A stretch of 64,000 nucleotides of DNA from Pelagibacteraceae bacterium AG-447-E22. GTDB lineage: Bacteria > Pseudomonadota > Alphaproteobacteria > Pelagibacterales > Pelagibacteraceae. The notes below the pieces were generated by a model. That model saw nothing but the letters and a program-made list of their open reading frames with translations. It searched no databases and was not told the origin of the DNA. Below are positions 59,617 to 64,000 of the stretch, piece after piece (the stretch's first letter is position 1; the number at the start of each line of letters is the position of its first letter). Both the position numbers and the translations under genes were made by a program. The stretch lies in NCBI GenBank assembly GCA_003212295.1, contig QCQC01000003.1, positions 405-64,404 on the forward strand, given 5' to 3'.

Positions 59617-59708
59617 TGGCGGAAGAGGAGGGATTCGAACCCTCGGTACAAGTTTCCTCGCACGGTCATTTAGCAAACGACTGGTTTAAGCCTCTCACCC
59701 ACTCTTCC
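59617..59708 (-). tRNA. tRNA-Ser (anticodon GCT)
   Basis: Reverse complement GGAAGAG...GTCGT-TTGCTAA-ATGAC, long variable arm, GGTTCGAATCC...CTCTTCCGCCA. Confidence 0.96.
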
Positions 59709-59771
59709 AGGAAATTTGTCACTTCTGATTGTATTGAATAATCAATATTTATAAAGTAATTATTTATTATT

Positions 59772-61025
59772 ATGAAAAATAAGTACTCTTTATTTTCGCT
59801 GGTCAAAAATGCTTTTTCATATCATGAAAATTGGGAAAAAGCATGGAAAGATCCCGAACCTAAGAAGGAATATGAAGCTATAATTATAGGTGGAGGTGGG
59901 CATGGATTAGCAACAGCCTATTATCTTGCTAAGAAACACAATATGAAAAATATAGCAGTTGTGGAAAAAGGATGGATAGGTGGAGGAAACACAGGAAGAA
60001 ATACAACAATAATTAGATCAAATTATTTGTGGGATGCTAGTGCAGGTCTTTATGATCATGCTTTAAAAATTTGGGAAGGTTTATCACAAGAACTTAATTA
60101 TAATGTAATGTTCAGTCAAAGAGGAGTTATGAACCTTGCTCATAACTTGCAAGATGTAAGAGATCTTAAAAGAAGAACTCATGCAAATAGATTAAATGGT
60201 ATAGATGCAGTTTATCTTAATACCAATGAAGTTAAAAAATTTTGTCCTATTATTAATACCTCACCTGATATTCGTTATCCTGTTTTAGGTGGAACACTAC
60301 AAAGGAGAGCTGGCACAGCTCGTCACGATGCTGTTGCTTGGGGTTATGCTCGAGGAGCTGACGAAATGGGAGTTGATATAATTCAAAATTGCGAAGTTAA
60401 AGGTATCAAAAGAAATGGTGATAGTGTGGAAGGAATTGAAACAACTAAAGGTTTTATAAAAACAAAAAAAATTGGTGTAGTTGCAGCAGGGCATTCTAGT
60501 GTTGTTGCAAATATGGCTGGTTTAAGATTACCTTTAGAAAGTAAACCTCTTCAAGCTTTGGTTTCTGAGCCAGTCAAACCAATTATTGATACTGTTGTAA
60601 TGTCTAACGCAGTACATGCTTATGTTAGTCAATCAGACAAAGGTGAGTTAGTTATTGGTGCTGGAACTGATGATTATGTTTCTTATTCTCAGAAAGGTAG
60701 TCATGATATTGTAGAAGGCACTTTGAATGCAATCTTGGAATTGTACCCAATATTTAGTAGGATGAGAATGTTAAGACAATGGGGTGGTATAGTGGACATA
60801 TGCCCAGATGCAAGCCCCATAATTAGTAAAACTTCTATTAAAGGATTATATTTCAATTGTGGTTGGGGAACTGGTGGATTTAAAGCAACACCTGGATCAG
60901 GAGATTTGTTTGCTCATACTATTGCTAATGATGAGCCACATAAATTGAATGCAGCTTTCAATATTAATAGATTTACAAGTGGTGATCTTGTTGATGAACA
61001 TGGTGCTGCTGCTGTTGCACACTAA
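59772..61025 (+). CDS. soxB: Heterotetrameric sarcosine oxidase beta subunit
   Basis: [45 protein letters not shown]. Confidence 0.95.
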   Translation: MKNKYSLFSLVKNAFSYHENWEKAWKDPEPKKEYEAIIIGGGGHGLATAYYLAKKHNMKNIAVVEKGWIGGGNTGRNTTIIRSNYLWDASAGLYDHALKIWEGLSQELNYNVMFSQRGVMNLAHNLQDVRDLKRRTHANRLNGIDAVYLNTNEVKKFCPIINTSPDIRYPVLGGTLQRRAGTARHDAVAWGYARGADEMGVDIIQNCEVKGIKRNGDSVEGIETTKGFIKTKKIGVVAAGHSSVVANMAGLRLPLESKPLQALVSEPVKPIIDTVVMSNAVHAYVSQSDKGELVIGAGTDDYVSYSQKGSHDIVEGTLNAILELYPIFSRMRMLRQWGGIVDICPDASPIISKTSIKGLYFNCGWGTGGFKATPGSGDLFAHTIANDEPHKLNAAFNINRFTSGDLVDEHGAAAVAH

Positions 61026-61300
61026 TGTTTGTAATTAATTGTCCTTATTGTGGTGAAAGAGAGCAAAGTGAATTTAAAGCTGGCGGTGAAGCTCATATAG
61101 TTAGACCCAAACAACCTACTGAATTGAGTGATGATCAATGGGCAGAATATTTATTTATGAGAAAAAATATAAAAGGCATTCAATTCGAAAGATGGGTCCA
61201 CACTCATGGATGTAGAAAATGGTTTAATGTAGTAAGAGATACTTCTAATGATTTAATAAAAGCAGTTTATAAAATGGGTGAAAAACCTCCAACTAAATAA
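61025..61300 (+). CDS. soxD: Sarcosine oxidase delta subunit
   Basis: CPYCGER, EFKAGGEAH, HTHGCRKWFN. Confidence 0.95.
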   Translation: MFVINCPYCGEREQSEFKAGGEAHIVRPKQPTELSDDQWAEYLFMRKNIKGIQFERWVHTHGCRKWFNVVRDTSNDLIKAVYKMGEKPPTK

Positions 61301-61303
61301 ATA

Positions 61304-64000
61304 ATGACAAAAAATTTAAGAGTAAAATCAAGTAAGCTAATTGACGAAACATATAAAATTTCATTCAAATTTAATGGAAGAACATACTATGGATATAAAG
61401 GAGATACACTAGCCTCTGCCCTGCTAGCTAATGATATTCACTTAGTTGGAAGAAGCTTTAAATATCATAGACCACGTGGAATAATGACTGCAGGTTCAGA
61501 AGAACCTAATGGGATAGTTCAGTTACATAAAAACACGTCAAGAACAGAACCGAATGTAAGAGCTACAGAGATAGAAATTTATGAAGGTCTTGAAGCTTCA
61601 AGTCAAAATTGTTGGCCAAGTGTTAATTTTGATATAGGTGGGATTAATAATTTTTTTAGCCCAATTTTGCCTGCAGGTTTTTATTATAAAACTTTTATGT
61701 GGCCATCAAGTTTCTGGGAAAAATATGAATATTTTATTAGAAAATCTGCTGGATTAGGAAAATCTCCTACTGAACCTGACCCTGATATTTATGAACATAA
61801 ATATATTCATTGTGATGTTTTAATTATTGGAGCTGGTATCTCGGGAATAATAGCAGCAAAAACAGCAGCAAAAAATGGTTATAAGACTCTTCTAGTAGAT
61901 GAAAAGCCCTATTTAGGAGGTTCTACAATTTATCAAAATTCTGAACATTTTAAGATCAATAATCAAATCTCAAGTTCATGGTTGGAAAAAGAAATAAATG
62001 AAATTAAAAAGATTAAAAATTTAGAAATTAAAATAAGAACAAGTGTAGCTGCATATCATGGCTATAACTTTCTATTAGCAAGAGAAAATTTAACAGACCA
62101 CATACCCTTAGAACAAAGAAACAATAAAATTCGTCACAGATTGCTCAAAATAAGAGCTAAAAAGGTAATAACTGCAACTGGATCTTTGGAAAGACCACTC
62201 ATTTTTGATAATAATGATCGTCCTGGTATTTTGCTTTCATCAGCTATCGAGAAATATGCTAATTTTTATGGTGTAGCATGTGGAGAAAAAAATATTCTTT
62301 TAACAAATAATGATAGCGCATATGAGGCAGCTATTAGTTTGTATCAAAAAGGAATTAATATAGAGGCTATTATTGATAATAGAGAAGAAATTGACTCAAA
62401 ATTGATTAAGGAGACTGAAAAAAATAATATCAAAGTTTACAAGGGATATACAGTGGTGGATACCTCTGGATACAAAAGGATTAATAAAGTTTCAATAATG
62501 CAACTTTCTAAAGATGGTCAAAAAGTAGTAGGTCCCAAAATATCTATTTCATGTGATTGTTTAGGTGTTTCTGGTGGATGGACACCAGCTGTACATCTTT
62601 TTACACAATCTGGTGGAAAATTAAAATTCAGAGACGAAGATCAAGTTTTTATACCAAATATATATCCATCAGATCAAATTAGTATAGGTTCATGTAATGG
62701 AGATTTTACTTTAGATGAGATATTATCAACTGTACCTAAAACTCTTAAAGAATTTTTAAATTTAAAAAAAACAGATTATGAAGATTTAGAAATTAAATCT
62801 TCTTTTAATAAATCAAAGAGAAATATTTGGTTACTTCCATCTGACAAAATTATTGGAAAAACTAAACCTTTTGTAGATTATCAAAATGATGCAACAGCCA
62901 AAGATATTAAATTAGCTTTAAGAGAAGGTTTCAGATCAATCGAACATGTAAAAAGATACACAACAACAGGTATGGGAACTGATCAAGGTAAACTTGGAAA
63001 TATGCATGCATTAGGAATTATTTCTGAAACTGCTGGATCTAAAATGGGTGAACTTGGTACTACAACTTTTAGACCACCCTACACTCCTCTTACTTTTGGA
63101 ACGATAGTTGGTAGAAATGTAGGTGAGTATTTTGATGTATTCAGAAAAACTCCAATTCATGAGTGGCACGTAGAGAACAAAGCTGAATTCGAAAACGTCG
63201 GTCAATGGAAGAGAGCTTGGTATTATCCAAAAAATGGTGAAAATATGCATGATGCGGTTCAAAGAGAAAGTAAAGCTGCAAGAGATAGTGCGGGTATTTT
63301 AGATGCATCTACATTAGGTAAAATTGATATTCAAGGGACTGATGCCTCAGAATTTTTAAACAGAGTTTATACAAACGCTTGGTCAAAATTGGCAATTGGA
63401 AAATGTCGATATGGATTAATGCTAAATGAAGACGGTATGGTTTATGATGATGGTGTTACAACAAGATTAGGTGAAAATCATTATATTATGACCACTACAA
63501 CCGGTGGAGCCGCAACTGTTTTAGGAAAGCTAGAAGATTATTTACAGACTGAGTGGCCTGAGTTAGATGTCTATTTAACATCCGTAACTGACCACTATGC
63601 AACAGTCAGTGTTTGTGGGCCTAATAGTAAAAAAATTGTATCACAAGTAATTCCTGATCTTGATTTTTCAGATGAGAATTTTCCTCACATGTCGTTTAAG
63701 AATACAAAGATTGGCAAAATTAAATGTAGAGTGATGAGAATAAGTTTTACTGGTGAACATAGCTACGAAATAAATATTCAATCTAATTATGGTAAATCAG
63801 TATGGGAAAAATGTATGGAAATAGGAAAAGAATTTAACATTACTCCATATGGTACTGAAACTATGCATTTATTAAGGGCTGAAAAAGGGTTTATCATTGT
63901 TGGTCAAGATACTGATGCAACTATGACTCCTATTGATTTACAAATGGATTGGATAGTTAGTAAAAAGAAATATGATTTTATAGGTAAAAGATCTTTATAT
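61304..64000 (+). CDS. soxA: Sarcosine oxidase alpha subunit (runs off window end)
   Basis: ATG 61304; manual translation includes GDTLASALLAN...GRSFKYHRPRG, KRYTTTGMGTDQGK and GcvT-like DASTLGKI; absent from the ORF track because it has no stop in the window. Confidence 0.93.
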   Translation, partial: MTKNLRVKSSKLIDETYKISFKFNGRTYYGYKGDTLASALLANDIHLVGRSFKYHRPRGIMTAGSEEPNGIVQLHKNTSRTEPNVRATEIEIYEGLEASSQNCWPSVNFDIGGINNFFSPILPAGFYYKTFMWPSSFWEKYEYFIRKSAGLGKSPTEPDPDIYEHKYIHCDVLIIGAGISGIIAAKTAAKNGYKTLLVDEKPYLGGSTIYQNSEHFKINNQISSSWLEKEINEIKKIKNLEIKIRTSVAAYHGYNFLLARENLTDHIPLEQRNNKIRHRLLKIRAKKVITATGSLERPLIFDNNDRPGILLSSAIEKYANFYGVACGEKNILLTNNDSAYEAAISLYQKGINIEAIIDNREEIDSKLIKETEKNNIKVYKGYTVVDTSGYKRINKVSIMQLSKDGQKVVGPKISISCDCLGVSGGWTPAVHLFTQSGGKLKFRDEDQVFIPNIYPSDQISIGSCNGDFTLDEILSTVPKTLKEFLNLKKTDYEDLEIKSSFNKSKRNIWLLPSDKIIGKTKPFVDYQNDATAKDIKLALREGFRSIEHVKRYTTTGMGTDQGKLGNMHALGIISETAGSKMGELGTTTFRPPYTPLTFGTIVGRNVGEYFDVFRKTPIHEWHVENKAEFENVGQWKRAWYYPKNGENMHDAVQRESKAARDSAGILDASTLGKIDIQGTDASEFLNRVYTNAWSKLAIGKCRYGLMLNEDGMVYDDGVTTRLGENHYIMTTTTGGAATVLGKLEDYLQTEWPELDVYLTSVTDHYATVSVCGPNSKKIVSQVIPDLDFSDENFPHMSFKNTKIGKIKCRVMRISFTGEHSYEINIQSNYGKSVWEKCMEIGKEFNITPYGTETMHLLRAEKGFIIVGQDTDATMTPIDLQMDWIVSKKKYDFIGKRSLY

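Noticed and set aside
59709-59771. Glycine riboswitch upstream of soxB
   Set aside because: Only 63 bp of AT-rich sequence, with no aptamer motifs.

Overview
AT-rich, densely packed alphaproteobacterial chromosome segment. The gene content, tiny intergenic gaps and overlapping stop/start codons point to Candidatus Pelagibacter (SAR11); this is an inference. Most of the window is core housekeeping: holB'-tmk-dacA-rlpA-mltB-rarD, recG, tgt-ppi-coaD-gyrA-ssb, uvrA, secDF-yajC, serS, tatABC, scpAB, nagZ, argS, dgt, erpA, xth, znuABC-zur, the rib/nrdR/glyA/rpiB operon, hemB, recO-rnc-lepB-acpS-pdxJ-pyrE-rsh-folK-smpB-dapA, slt and soxBDA'. It also holds three intact tRNAs. Two accessory regions stand out. 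(1) A 2,093-bp element with no integrase, inserted at the anticodon loop of tRNA-Ser(TGA). It duplicates the promoter and 5' half of the tRNA (57-bp direct repeat), carries an identical 26-bp tandem repeat at each end plus an IHF consensus site, and encodes only two unknown exported or membrane proteins. It looks like a non-autonomous integrative cassette. (2) A block attached directly behind ribB: manC, a TagF/TagB-like phosphotransferase, an XRE-HTH/LicC-PntC-like cytidylyltransferase fusion, phnDCE with an atypical binding pocket, and an SMR transporter, facing a PiT-like permease. No C-P lyase or pepM gene is in the window, which suggests import, activation and transfer of a phosphonate or phosphoester onto surface glycans. 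Also seen: a TGT lacking three of four Zn ligands, tandem Zur boxes, and several degenerate or missing genes. All protein calls come from motif recognition by eye; no searches were run.
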